64,000 bases of DNA from Bispira polyomma (taxonomy: Eukaryota). A program made the translations under genes and the position numbers. Numbering within the stretch: the stretch's first letter is position 1; each line of letters begins with the position of its first letter. The notes beneath the pieces were generated by a model. The model worked only from the letters and a program-made list of their open reading frames with translations, made no database searches and had not been told where the DNA came from. The stretch covers positions 43,524,001 to 43,588,000 of the forward strand of contig OZ287748.1 of NCBI GenBank assembly GCA_965649765.1. The letters are read 5' to 3'. Positions 1 through 13,740 of the stretch are shown piece after piece.

Positions 1-2451
1 TTATTCTTCTGAATCAATTGACTTGTATACTCCAAATTCACAACATATCCATTTCTACAAAGACAGGCAACGTCAATGTGAATGTATTGTAATTCCTAGC
101 TCGGGAACACAGACAATCTTATTGGAAGAATTGTTTTTAGCCAGTGCTACCAGAAATCTATTTGATCACGCGACACAGGAAACACTACGATTCATTGGCT
201 ATTTTGAGAAAAATAAAACCAAATGGGAGAAGGAATATATCGCAATGACTCAGACGACAGCCACCATTGAAGAAGTAGTAGCAGCAAAAATGCTGAATGT
301 GTCCATAACCTATACGAAATTGGGATATTCTCTAAATGGATCACTTTATCTTTCTTTTATTGGTAATAAACTGTACATTTCGTACAAATAGTTATGTATC
401 TGTGTCAGTTGTAATGCTTGTAACAATAAATATTCTCATATCACACCTATTTATTTGATGACTTTTTTATTCAAGTGAAACTTTTTAAAATACTGTAGTG
501 TATAAACTTTAAATTTTTATAAAGTTTGAGTTTTGATAGATGCTTGTCCCATGTAATATGCACTCTGAGGGACCTGACTAGAGTTTAGACTACAACATAT
601 AGACAGTATTGTGTTTTAATTTTTTCTAGGTGATGATTCTAAACCTTACTTGCTACAATATATCAACAAGTGAACAACACTACGCCTCTGACGACGGTGA
701 AACCACCCTGTTGGTAACCAAAAATATTAAAGACAACACGCGAACAAGCGAGCCATTCACACACACAAATGCAACATTATTTGGCTCCATCACCAACAAC
801 AAATCCTCTAACACATTGACAGGTATGTAACATAACTACAATTGTCACAGATAATAAATTCACAGATAAACAAGTGTGTTTTCTCGACACACAACACTTT
901 TCAGTGTCCAATACAGAGAATACAGAAAGTAGTCTTATGCCATCATTGTCAGAAGTATAATTATAATTATTTTTGTTCCATCGATCGATATATTCAACAT
1001 CATTAGAAGGCTCACCAATCTATTCAAGTGATACTAGATCTATGAATGCATTTTTTATTTGCAATATTATTAATTTGACTTCTGTTTTAACACTAGTATT
1101 TAGTTAAATAGTTAAATACATTTTATATTGTAAAGGTTAGAAATCTTTCTGTTACAATTACAGAATAAACATCAGTTCAACTTGGTAAAAGATATAAAAG
1201 GTCAAGTTTGGAGGCCAAAGTAGTAAGTTTAATAATTGTAACCAGAAGACAGTGAAACTAGGGATTGAAGTATTACTTTAAATGATGTACATGTTACTTA
1301 GGGAAGTCTATAAAGGTAGAGGTAAAAAGATATAGTAATTTTAAAAACACCAAAGCCAAACTAAGAAAATTTATGTAAAGAGGAAGCAAAGGTAAGTGGT
1401 ACAGCAAATGTAGCTTGAGAATTCTGATGGAGAAATGATCAAACTGCAGATAACCTCCAATGACCATGTGCCATGACCATAGAGTGACACGTTATTATTG
1501 AAGGCATATGATCTCCTAAATTTGTGAAAGCTATGTGATCTAGTTTTTATGAAACCTGAAGTTTTGTGAAAACCTGTGAGTCTCTCTACATATTATTTAA
1601 TATTTTAGAGGGAACTTTTAAACCTGCCTTATTACAATTAGATACTCTGTTGGGGGATCATAACCTTACTTTCAGAACATCATATTTAGTTGTCTGAACC
1701 AAGCCCTTCTGAGTACTGTTCTTTCTTTAACTTATGATGAAATTCCGTATTATTATGGGTTAGTGCATTATCGCAGGTTAGTGGTTCGCAGTTCAATCAT
1801 TCACAAATTGTCCATCAAGATATAGACCAACATGATTGTGATTTATCTCATTTTTGTTAACTAAATGCATTTAATCAGACATATAAGACTAAGGGCCTTT
1901 CTTCTGTTATTCCTGCACCATTGTTAAATGTAATATGCAATATTGTTTAGGTGTTATAGCTGGTGTTGTATCCTGTGTTATACTGTTGCTGATATGTTTT
2001 GTAACTCTTAATAGAAAATTGGGCAATTTTATATTTTATTGCATCTTTTCTTTGAGAATTAGTTATGATAATGTTTTGTTCTTTTAGGCATCAGAAAAAG
2101 AATAGCCCAGAAGAACATACCTATGAAAACTCATCTGGTCCAAACATAGAGATAACAAGTCTTGATACAGTTAAACATACAAGTGGAATTGCAGATATAA
2201 TATCAACAAACATTGACAGACCAAATGAGACTGCAGAAGCTAAGAAGGATGGAGAGTATGAGGATGTTTGGGTACACCATGGCGAGGAAGCAGAAACAAA
2301 TAGAAATGGGAATGTTCTAAAATGTAATGCTGCAGAATCAATCGTAAGGGAACCTGAAGGTCACTATGCTCCTTTAACAACATATGAAAATAAACCTAGG
2401 AATACACAAGATAATATGTCAAATAGGGAGTATCAGAAGTTGAAGAAATAG
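1..2451 (+). pseudogene. Receptor paralogue copy 1 (5' part outside window), disabled: domain-2 exon <1-362, stalk exon 630-822, truncated TM exon 1951-~2006, cytoplasmic exon 2088-2451
   Basis: Exons align to intact copy 3. The stalk exon is 193 nt, from a 2-nt deletion (GATGATT-CTA vs GATGATTTTCTA) that shifts the frame. The TM exon 3' end and its donor are deleted (gtaact joined to cttaatagaaaattggg at ACT microhomology). The tail carries YENS, YEDV, YAPL, YENK and YQKL. Confidence 0.8.
1173..1545 (-). mobile_element. Relic of the 3' end (YR C-terminus plus B repeat) of an Ngaro-like element in the stalk-TM intron of copy 1
   Basis: 1380-1530 aligns with the YR 3' end of element 2 (25015-25170). 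The fragment starts at cagttcaactt, like the element-2 terminus cagttccacttt. It is absent from the equivalent intron of copy 3. Confidence 0.7.
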
Positions 2452-3542
2452 TGATGAAAGGAATTTCTGACAGTTCACTCACGTTTAAATGACATACCAT
2501 GTACAAAGTTTTCAATGTTGTCATAGTTTTAGAGCACTATGGTAGTGAAAAACTTGCATTAGATCATTTGTTAGCTTTTAATAGAAAACTTTGGGCGCCT
2601 TTGTTCTCATTAACTGCTTGTTTTATGAACACAACCAGTCCTGGATATCCCCTTGATATCACTATTCAGCCATTTCTGTTTGATATTGTTCTACAACAAA
2701 ATTTGAATATTCTCTGCACTGTAGAAGGAATTATGTTACTTCAAATTACATCAGGTGATAATTCCCTAAGTCAAGGTCAAAATGTCAGTTCCAAAATAAA
2801 AACAATTGACATGACTGTAGTGTGCACCATTTGTGCCATTACAAAATATGAACATTGCTGTCACGGAATCCTGTTTTTTAAAAAGTCAAATGTGAACAAA
2901 TTATAAAACAAAAAGGAACTGGGACCTTTGCTTTATGTAGTACAGCTTTAATTGATTGCTAATTGCCCACTGCTGAAAATGGTGACTTATGTTTTCAGTA
3001 ACCTTTTAAAGTCCAGCTCTAGCCAACTATACGTGTCATACATGTGGCAGTTACACCTGCCTAATGTAAGTTAAACTGGCTCAGTGTAGATAAACCTGTC
3101 CACTAGATGAAAATGTTTTTTTTTCTTTATTGGGCGTATTATAGCTCATTTTTTGGTGAAATATATCAGTTCAACAATTTAAAATACTTAAAGATCATCA
3201 ATTCTTGTGATAAGTTTTTACAAATACATGTTGACATTTGCATAGCTGGTTCATGCTTTAACTATTTAAACTATTTTATTCTATTTACTAGAACTGGAAG
3301 TTTGTTTCATTTTGGTACATAAGTTATGTATATATATTATTAAACCTTTAAATTTAAAACATATACAGAATATCAGATAAACTCATGGTGATGATATTGT
3401 TTACTAATTTATACTGATATAGACTGATAGATTTACTAATTTATAGTGAAATAGAATGATAACTACATACGTTAGACATATACATTATTTAACCTATTTT
3501 TAAATGATAGCTTTACTATTTTTTGCTGAATTAAATATCACC

Positions 3543-4430
3543 TGGTAAGGCTCCAGTTATTAAAGCACTTACCTGACTATTCTCATCTGACTTTTGACCT
3601 CACTTTACTATTCCTTGGTTTACTTCATCAATTCACTTACCTATAGCAAGGTCTCATTCACCTACCTGAATTTGTCTGACTTGTCTGACCTTAAATAGTT
3701 ACATTACGTGAATTTCTCACCTTCTCACATGTATAGTACAACCAATCTAGGGGTCTGCTTCCTCATTTCCTACCTCTCTACCTTAAAGCCCATTTCATGA
3801 TTCCTCCATCATCAATAACCAATCAGCTTTAGTTCCCCTTTATATTCCATGTTTGTCCCCAGAATAGATCAATATTGAATCTAGTCATTGATGTGTAATC
3901 AAGGACACCATTCTCAAACTCCACCTTCCCATTGTCTGCCAGTTCTATTAATGGCTATATTCTTACTATGCTTTCTGTACTATGCTTGGCTGTTCTTGGT
4001 GAAGTTTTTTTAAGCTTGCACGTTTCTGCTAATCCTAACGTTTATGATAAGGATATTACTTACAGTACTGACATGGCTAGGCCTACCGCTTTGCACCTGG
4101 AATATATTGTGGGTATATTTTAAAAAAAAATTTAATTCTTTAAACTTAGAAACCCTTTCTTTTATTTATACATGTAAAAAGTGTCACGTTTTACTAAATG
4201 TGTACAGAATAAATCCTCTAACTAGTTCTTTTCCTGTGTTCAATTAAATAAAACCTCATATGGCAAGGCTTCAGGTATTTGATGACCCACCCCATAATTC
4301 TTGTCTGACCTTTGCCTACACGTGACTTCTCCTTAGTTTACTATATTATTTCACTTACAAATAGCAAGGTATTATCAACCTACTGGTATTTGAATTCATC
4401 TCACCTCTGACTTTATTTAATTTGACCTTT
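3543..4430 (+). repeat. Degenerate direct repeat (3543-3690 / 4261-4430) around a CCAAT- and ccacc-containing segment; possible B1-A2-B2 relic of a YR retroelement; partly repeated at ~21070-21720
   Basis: Shared blocks tgg(t/c)aaggct..cag, tctgac(t/c)tttg and ttcactta....tagcaaggt occur in both arms. The layout resembles the 3' module of element 2. Confidence 0.4.
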
Positions 4431-5823
4431 GGACCTTCACCCGATGTTTTCACATTCAAAGGTCATAAACTGATATAGAAAGGTAAATTTTTAAATTCTG
4501 TTGCTCAACAAAGTATAATCTTATGATGTAGCTTTCTGACCAATGCACTGAAGGTGTCTGTTCAGTTCTTGCGTTCACATATTTTATCACGTATCCTTAA
4601 CCATAATAATTTTGTTTATCTGTCTTTATCAAATGAACTTGAAGTTCATGCAACCTGATTATTTTGTTATCATGCTTTTTAAATGGGGAACTGTATTCCT
4701 CTAATGTTCCTCCTCAGAACACAGATAAACACCAAGTGGCACCACATGGTTTACGAGACCCAACCCAACTAAAACAACATTTTTGGTTGAAAATTTAAAT
4801 TAAGAATTCTTCTTAAAATATTTACTTTATTCAATAGTAGAAAAACACTACCACTACATTATTTTCTAATGCTCCATTATTAGACAATAAAGATGTGACA
4901 GTTCCTTAAGAATGTATACCGCTTTGGTTTTATTGGTGTAAATATGCAAATTTGTTATTTATGTTAGTTTAAGTATAGAATTTCTTTTTAATATAGAGTA
5001 AATATATTGAGTTCAAAATTCAACAATACTGCATCAATGAACATTTTCACTAGGGATAAAAACTGGCCATGTTTGTCAATGAAGTCAAACAATGAAAAAT
5101 AATTTACACTTAAAATTACAACTAAGTTATTCAGTAAACTAAATAAGTAAACTAATTAGTAAACTAAATAAACTTTAGTAAACTAAATAAAGTAAAATAA
5201 ATTACACTGAAATTCCTAAAAGTTGTAACTTAAGGCTGATTCTGGCTACAATTTCCACTTGTGTATTTAACCACTTTTATTAATATACAAATAGAATCAC
5301 TTGGTTGGGTCCACATAATAGAAAACACAAACTTTTCCACATTATTAAGAGCTGTCCCTTGGTTTTATACTTCAGTAAACAAGAAGTTTTTTTGATATGT
5401 TTCAAAACACAAGGTTATATTTTCACATTTCTTTCAACACAAAAGGTTGAGCTTAATCACATTTAAGACTGCTCCTACAAAACTCCCCTCAAACACATAA
5501 CTTTTGGTTCTAATTGTCTTCCTTGTTATAAACATTTATGTATTTATAGTTATTAAAAATTCTATACCAGGCTGTGAAACCAATGTTAGGAATACTAAAG
5601 GAGTTTCATGTGTACCGTTTTTCACAGGCTTTCTTTGTGTGTATTCTTTGAGTTTATTCATGTAAAAACTTTCCTTTGTACACTGTATATGAAATAATTA
5701 AAATGTAATCCCAAGAAGAGTGTCTATCTGTACCTTTCTTGGTTTTCCTAATGTGGCAGTTCCACATTGCAAATTTGGTCCCCAATCGTTCCAATTTTGA
5801 GGTCCAGGGCGTGTTCGTATAGT

Positions 5824-7523
5824 CCGGTGTAGCGCCAGATTTTTACTCCCCTTTTTTTTCTTGGGGGGTGTGGATTTGGCAAGGGGGGTGCCATATTTTC
5901 ACCCCCCCCCTTGCCAAATTTTTACTCCCCTAATCATAATGGCTATATGGGCATTATAGCTATTATAGATCAATAGGAGGTAACACTGTGGTATGGGGGT
6001 TTCATTGATGATTGATGGCAAATTCATCTAAGTAGTGAACCTACTATTATAATGTTTTTAACAGATTTGAGGGGTATGGTAATGTAATGTGTTTGGTTAA
6101 AACATTAAAAAAACATTACTTTCATTGAACTATGAAATATTTTGTTTTAAATTATTTATATCTTAACCATTTCTGTACGTACAAATCTAAATTTACATGT
6201 AAGATTACATTACAAATAACATGCTGTTCATACTGAAACTCATCAGTGCCTTGATTACTTGATTGTCTGATTAACTGGATTAAAAGATGATTGCATGTAG
6301 CTTCTCATAATGAAAGTCATCAGTACCTTGATTGTTTGATTAACTGGATTACTAGATTATTGAATGTGGCTCCTCATTGTGGTATGTACTACATAAATTT
6401 TTAAAGTTAACTTGGCTATTAGATAATTGGCCTCTCATTGTGGGTTGAGACAAAGCTGACTTGATCATTTAATAACTGAATGTGGCTTTTCATACTGAAA
6501 CTCATCAGTGCCTTGATTACTTGATTGTTTGATTAACTGGATTACCGGATGATTGGATGTGACTTTTCATAGTGAAACTCATCAGTACCATGACTACTTG
6601 ATTCTTTGATTAACTGGATTACTAGATGATTGGTTGTGGCTTCTCATAGTGAAAGTCATCAGTACCTTGATTACTTGATTGTTTGATTAACTAGATTACT
6701 AGATGATTGAATGTGGCTCCTCATTGTGGTATGTAATACCACAAAACTGGCTTGATTACTTAATAGCTGAATGTAGCTTATCATAGTGAAAGTCATCAGT
6801 ACCTTGATTACTTGATTACAAGTGGCTTCACATAATATAGTTGATTACTTTACTAAATGTGATTTCTCATAGTGTGGTTAACATTTTTTATGGTAACTTC
6901 AAGAAATACCCTTTGAAATTATCTTAATAGTGGCTTCTTAAGTGTATATAAAGAGGTGATGTAAAAGTTAACTTCAATATATTTCATGTGATAGTTAATA
7001 AAAGATTTGTATGAAGTGATTTTTATTTAATTTAAGTATCACTACCCTCTTATCAGTACCAGCCATACCTGCAAAGTTATCAGCCGTGTCCAAGTCATCC
7101 TATTCCATATCAACAATAAACCAGTACTTTTACAATCATTATTTGTTTTACAATCAATATTTTAATCATTGTTTTATTTATCTTTAATATTTCTAATGCC
7201 TATAAATCCCACAAATACCAATGACAGTGTCCCACATAACCTGTCAATAAATGCACATAATTAATTATCACTCTGATTGTAATTGAATGCAAGAGCAAGT
7301 CAGTGGTAATCAGTGTAATTGGATTAATCTTGAAAAAATCACCCAAGGGGGGTCAGTTTTTGGCAGGGGGCTCAGTATTTGGAAAGTTGGCTGCCATATT
7401 TTTCCCCCTTTAATCCTCCTATTGTTTGGGGGTGCAAAATTTGTTTGCCAAATACTCACCCCCCAAAAGATCAAATAGGGGAGTAAAAATATGGCAGGGG
7501 GTGATTTTATGGCATTACACCGG
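5824..7523. mobile_element. Non-autonomous DNA-transposon-like element with long imperfect terminal inverted repeats
   Basis: The left end ccggtgta..gcca..tttttactcccct..ttggggggtg..tttggcaa is the reverse complement of 7445-7523 (ttgccaaatactcaccccc..ggggagtaaaaat..ggcattacaccgg). No ORF; no clean TSD seen. Confidence 0.65.
6220..6870. repeat. Minisatellite, ~65-75 bp unit, inside the TIR element
   Basis: Recurrent catagtgaaa(g/c)tcatcagtaccttgattacttgattgtttgattaactggattactagatgattg, with about 6-8 degenerate copies. Confidence 0.85.
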
Positions 7524-8299
7524 GAGACCAAAACGGGGCATACACGGTAATTGGTAAGATGTTTGATATTTCCTGAAAGTCCCCCGGACTAGCTCCCTGG
7601 ACCCCAAAAACGTATGGCTGAATATGTTCGATGGTATTGTCAATACGTTCTGTCGGATAGGTCTTATCACACTCCAGGCCTGTCCTAACACTGGCCCGTT
7701 CTATCCTACTGGGAGTTTCCCCTTTTTTTGTAGGACAATACGGGTTACTTTAGGATCAAATTTATTGATATCCTGATCTGACGGATTGCGCCCTGATCGA
7801 ACTTATTGTCACCCTGTTAGAACTTGAACAAGATACGTTTTTGACACCCTCCACCCAGTCAAATTGTTTTTATCATGAGTAACCTTTTAATAACCTTTCA
7901 TTGTTCCATGTAACGTAAATCATACGTACATCTTGGGTCATTTAAAAATGTACCCTGATTTGATTATATTATACATTTTATAAAACCTTTACGGTTATAT
8001 TTAACACTATATGTGTATGTTGGATCAATTAATATGTGCCCATATATGTTTATATACAAGTGATGCAATTTGATTGTTTTTACACTGATATTTACATTAA
8101 TTTACGCTTAAAGATATTTATTTTTACGAGGTTTTATATTTTTTAGTTAATCTATGTATGCTTATTGAAAATTATAAAAATTCATTTTTATATTTTTAAA
8201 ATTATGTAAAGTTGACATATACGATGTAAATAAAATACTCCAAACTTGTTTTAATCCAGTCTTATACCTTGCTTTGATCTACACTAGTCAGAAACTTTA

Positions 8300-8986
8300 A
8301 AGCGACTGATTGATAAAGGCATTTGTCGACAATTTATAATAAGTGAATTTAGACTTGAGCGCATAGTTTACCATGTGAACACTCATTATTACACAAAAAC
8401 TGCAAAAACGCAATTATAAGTTCACTTGAATTTCACTTGTAATGGTGTAATGGTTCACTTGTAATGGTAAACATTAAAAAACATATTACAGTAACAACTG
8501 CTCTGGCCAGTAAAAATAAGACTATCCAAATGTGGGTTGCCTTAAAACAGAACATTTTAGGAATCAAAGTTGGGGAGGAAGCAGTCCATAGTCTCCAAAT
8601 TAGTGCAGCATCTGTAATTCAAGGCCAGGTGGCTCACAAATCTAAAGGGAGACTGTCTGAACCCGACCAGTAGTTCGTCCCAAATGCATATTTAAATATT
8701 GTAATCAATATCTAGATTGTGAGCTTGCACAGTATATAACACAGGTGATTTAATGAACATATATAATTTGTGATGGGGTCCTTGCACTGTGACCAACGTG
8801 ACATAAGGTCGGCGATGACAATATTTTTAGGAAATGAATAGCTGAATTGTGGTTGCCTGAACCTTGGCCCAGAACAAAATCTACCTGTGAGAAGTGTAGC
8901 GGAAATCAAGATGTTGAAACCCCAACAGCCCTGTAATCAAAACTGCCGTGTTTTAAAGTTCATGATTGTATGAACTTATAATATCC

Positions 8987-9017
<31 letters not shown>

Positions 9018-10700
9018 AAATAAATAATAAAATAAACCCTTTTATATTCCCATTCACATTTTTTCTTACTTTAACAGAGACCCTGAAATGTTTTGGGGTA
9101 ATTCTAAACTATGACCATATTATACTTAGAGTCGTTTTGGTGCTTTAAAGTTTTTGGCCCTTTTTTTTATTTATGACACTTGTTAGCCCATTTGCAAAGC
9201 ACATTTGACATATATGTTTTAAGGACATGTTTGCATACTAATTATCTGCATTTTGAGAACAATTGCTGCTATTGCAGCCCTTGCATGATAAAACCAAAGT
9301 TAAATAATAATATGCCAAACGCCCCCTGGTTTTTTCTTACCAAACTAGATTCTCACAGCCATTTGCCCGCGACCATTACATTAATTTTGGAGTTAGGGTC
9401 TCCTCTGCCCAATTTTAAGTTTTTTTCACATTTTGACAAGTTACTACAGTACTGGTGTTATTACCTGAAGATGCTGGTGTCAATTTAGCAGTCAGTGTAG
9501 CTAGGCACTCTTCTACCTGCTGTATCGCAGATAAAAAAGTTGTTCAAGTGAGAAATGCTCCTGTATAGGCTGCTGTAGCTTCCCCCAGTTTTGGGTAAGT
9601 TCTGTTGTACCTTGGTGGCTTTTTGGTTACCCAAGAGACCTGCTTGCATCAGGCTCTGTTGCTGTAGTAGTAAGGATGTACTGGGCACATTAATAGTATT
9701 CATCATATGAGCGTACCCTGTAAATATGATAAGGCTTTGAGACGCAAACACTGTCGACATTGTGGTAACTGCCGCCTTTCTCCCTAGAGGACCTGCCTGG
9801 GTCTGACACACTGGTGTGGTTGTGAATTTTAATTTAAAATACTTAGATTAATCAGACCTTGTATAATAAGAGTCTGTGGATCTACCATTCCGAGTTCCTG
9901 AGCTTCAGTGTGTCAATCCTGAGTCTGAAGTGCAGGCATCCACTGGAGTGGTCTGTGAACAGTGAACTCTGTTTTCCGGATTTACTGGGCCCTGTTGAGC
10001 ATTACCCGTGGGCTTTCTGCTTCACTTGTGTTGCTCGGATGTAGATATACAGGACGCCTCCCTGTGCATACTAGATTGTAGCACATCCATCTAACTGGAC
10101 AATGCATTGAGTTCCTGAATAATCAATGTGTTTTCAGATACTGTTTTATCTGTTGTTTCCTTAGACTTAGCTTAGACAGCACAGTACTTACAGCGTTGGT
10201 TGCCACCTCAGTGGAAATAATCTGTCATCCATCATTGATTGCTGAGACACATTCATACTGTCAGCTGCTGTTACGCCTTGTATTCTGAATCACTGCTCTG
10301 TTTTTTTGCCACCGTGCACTTTTTCTGGCTGGCTGTGGAAGAAAGACGTTACACCACCGACAAAAACACAAATTTTTTCATTTGACAGTGAATTTTTTAA
10401 CTTTCACTATATTATGTGACATACTTTAATGTAAAATTACTTTAGAGTTGGGTGCTAGGATCACAAATTAAACAGTTTAGAACACTTTTCATTTTTCCCC
10501 GTCTTTCTAACATTTACAGTATTATGTAAAAACTTTATATACATGAATTACTTTTTAAATTTTAAAATCCCTAAAATTCAAACATGGCATCTCAAACCAA
10601 AGGAATAGCTTGAACAAATTGTCCTTAAAGTATTGTTGCCCCACTAAAATAGAAGAGAACAGAGGCCAGGCCAATCAGAAAGGTGAGAACATTGTTACTT
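8300..10700 (-). mobile_element. Heavily decayed Ngaro-like YR retrotransposon (gag, RT, RNase H and YR remnants)
   Basis: Minus-strand remnants occur in the expected order: gag Zn-knuckle CRWCNVFxPQPAxKKC (~10315-10365), RT KLGRG (~9400-9415), RNase H NIVIADLMSRW (~8790-8825) and YR N-terminal AFLQFLCNN (~8380-8410). Each matches a motif in element 1 or 2. Confidence 0.6.
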
Positions 10701-10769
10701 AAATTTAAACATATCATGAATAAATAATAAGTATCAAAATAAATCGGATGTTTCATATCCAACACAACC

Positions 10770-11075
10770 ACCTTTCAGACCTCTGGTCAATTTTACCGCC
10801 ACCTCCCAGACGCCCCAGGTTATTTTAGAGTCACCTCCCAGAACCCTGGGCAATTTTACAGCCACCTCACAGACCCCCAGGTTATTATAGAGCCACTTCC
10901 CAGAGCCCTTGGAAAGTTTACTGCCACCTCCAGACACCAACTAGGCTGTTTTTAAGCCACCTCCCAGACCCCTAGGCAATTTCTTTACACCTCCCAAATT
11001 TCTTGGCGATTTTACAATCGTGAAACTGATTTATAGGCAAATTAACAGCCACACTCCCGAGCCCTGGGCGATTTC
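10770..11075. repeat. Minisatellite, ~30 bp unit, ~9-10 copies
   Basis: Recurrent gccacctcccagaccc(c)(t/a)gg(g)caattttaca. Confidence 0.85.
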
Positions 11076-12108
11076 TGCAACAACTAGGCTATTTTACCTA
11101 AGCATGTTTCAGAAGGTACCCACATACATTCAATATATACTAATCAAAACAGAAACCATGACTAACGTATCCAGTTTTAAAAGAGGGCTTTAAACTCTGA
11201 AGAGTAGGTAGACCATGGCAGAAGATGGCGGCCCCGAGCTGTCTGGACCACAGTAGTATCGCAAACTGCTTATACGCAGTGTATTTTACAGTATCAACCA
11301 TGATATCAACTAGAGAAAAAATATTGAATTGATCTTTAATTGGATTTTCTGATTTTGAAAAATGTTTTGATCTCACCGCTACAATAATAAAATTTCCTAA
11401 TTGTCATATTCCATAGAAACATTTTTCGTATTAATGTTGCACAGTATGTAGAATAGAGCTTTTCCCAAAAGTTGTAAGATGTCCATTTATATTAGTAAGA
11501 AATCATTTGTACAGAGTTCTAAATAAGTGTGAGATGCAGCATGGGCCATGTTAGGTGTAGTTGAACATGTTGTTCATATATATATTTGTCATGTATTATT
11601 TACTCTTTCAGCATATTTCCTCTGATTATTTGTATCTATTTTCTTACAGAGTCTTCAATACTGAGGATGTGTTCAGGATTCAGTCATTCTTCTCACTCAA
11701 TAAACATATACAATCCAAATTCACAGCATATCCATTTCTACAAAGACAGGCAGTGTGGATGTGAATGTATTGTATTTCCTAGCTTGGGAACACAGACAAT
11801 TTTATTGGAAGAACTGTTTTAGCCAGTGCTATCAGCAATCTATTTGACCACGAGACAAAGTGGACACTACAATTCATTGGCTATTTTGAGAAAAATAAAA
11901 CAAAATGGGAGAAGGAATATAATGCAATGACTGCGATGACAGCCACCAATCATAAAGTAGTAGTAGAAAAAATGCTAAATTTGTCCATAACCTATACAAA
12001 ATTGGGAGATTCATTAAATGGATCGTTTCATCTTTCTTTGATAGGTAATAAACTGTACATTTCGTAAAGGTTTTCACAAATAGCCTTGTATCTGTGACAG
12101 TTGTAGGG

Positions 12109-12299
12109 TTAATTAAGTTAAGTAGGGTACCAGACCATTTAACAGGTAAAAAGTTAAGTAAGTAAACATCCCTCCCTGTTGTTAAGGAAAGTTGTTTACA
12201 AGCATGCTGATTGGTTAAGTCAATAAACAAGTAATTTAAGTGAAAATATATGGTCAGTTTGAATTTAGTCACTGACAGAGTGACATTGAAAAACAATTT
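12109..12299 (+). repeat. Element 1 repeat A1 (about 45 bp missing at the 5' end)
   Basis: 191 bp, near-identical to 17798-17988. Confidence 0.9.
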
Positions 12300-12661
12300 G
12301 AATTCAATCCGGTTTTATTTTGCTTGTGCATACAAAATGATGTTATTTTACTATACGTTATTTTAGTTGGATTTTATACATTTTATATTTTAAACAGACG
12401 GTCATTTAATTGAACATACTGGAGTCACGAGAATTGAACTTATATAAAGGAGAATAGTGATCGACTGTGTGCCTGCTGTAGCTCTCTTTTGACGACCTCA
12501 TGCTTGGCTTGACCTTAAGTGGTCGCATTTAAGGAACGGTCTAAACTTATTATACATTCTTGCAATTTCTGGGGTTCTAAAAAAGCTAGGCTGTGAAGTG
12601 GTCAAAACAGAGCACTCAGAGCTGTTTTTGTGTCAATTTTCAGAGACGTTGACTTAATAAA

Positions 12662-13740
12662 ATGCCTAAAAAGGCTAATTGCAGTAAATGTGGCGAGAAA
12701 CACATTCCACCAACAGGGAAAAAATGTGCTTTTGTGAATGAAATCGGGACTGGAATGTTAACGGACAACGTACAAGATTCACGAACAATGACGGCTGTGG
12801 AGGACGGATCCGGACCGAGAGCGGTAGCAGGACAGCCTGATGTGCAGCTACAGATCCTGCAGGAACTGAAGAGAGTCAACTCGAGACTGGATGTGGTTGA
12901 ACACAGAGTGGCCGAAGCTGGAATAGGAATAAGTAGAAAGAAAAAAGGACAAAACTTAAGTACTCGGTATAATCATGAAATGAATGACACTGTTAGTAGT
13001 AAAACCAAAATACAGTCTGACAGTAGTAGTGAGTCGTCAGATGACGAACAAATCCTCCCAAGTTTGGCTTCTCTTAGAATTTCAGCCAGTATTCAGCGAC
13101 AAATTGATACTAGAGTCAGAGAATTGCAGCAGTGCAGTCATAGCTCAGGTATTGAATGTACAGGTAAAATAAAGTCAAAAAGGGGAGGGTCAATTGATGT
13201 AGTTGTAAAACATAAAGTAGCGTGGCCTCATGAGGCCATTGTAGGTGGTAACAAAAGAACACGTCTTTCTTATGATGCAAGGTTTCAGTAAAATTATGTT
13301 AGATGAAAAAGATGAGAAAAAGCGCGAAAAAATGTTGAGCTATTTATCAGACTTAATGGAGGACGCTACGGATTTCAGCTGGCAAGGCGCTAAGGCTGCA
13401 CATGCAGTATTATTATGCGAAATGGAAAGGGGCACCCTCGATTGGTATGATACAAATAGAATTGACAGAATAAGACGGGCGCATGCGCAAAGGCATTCCA
13501 CATATGGTAGTGGGGGTAGTAGTAAAAATTAGGTTAAGGGAAATGAGAGTCAGAATCCAAAAAAAGCCATGGTTTTGTAAATTTTTCCAAAATGGCACTT
13601 GCCAGCAGCAAAAAGATCACGAGGTAAATGGAAAACTTCATAGGCATATTTGCTCCTATTGTGTGACCTTAGGTAGAATTTTAGGGCATCCAGAAAAAGA
13701 TTGTCTCTTCACAAAAAAGGTACAGCCAAAAAACGATTAG
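12662..13740 (+). pseudogene. gag: Element 1 gag-like ORF1 (two frameshifts)
   Basis: N-terminal CSKCGEKHIPPTGKKC, then KIKSKRGG, DRIRRAHAQR and C-terminal CKFFQNGTC..H..H.C..C. Split across ORFs 12662-13291, 13245-13532 and 13483-13740. Homologous to 44748-45755. Confidence 0.85.

Noticed and set aside
2499-2906. 135-aa ORF downstream of copy 1
   Set aside because: It lies in the 3' flank, and the paralogous region at 20680-21050 has stops and indels, so it is not conserved as coding.
6220-6870. Repeat-spacer array
   Set aside because: A degenerate tandem minisatellite without unique spacers.
8985-9020. Long C and A homopolymers (also G runs at ~21067 and ~44279) as G-quadruplex signals
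   Set aside because: Simple low-complexity runs whose lengths are unreliable in assemblies; no supporting context.
10770-11075. CRISPR-like array of ~30-bp repeats
   Set aside because: The units are head-to-tail and degenerate, with no unique spacers, no cas genes and a eukaryotic context; it is a minisatellite.
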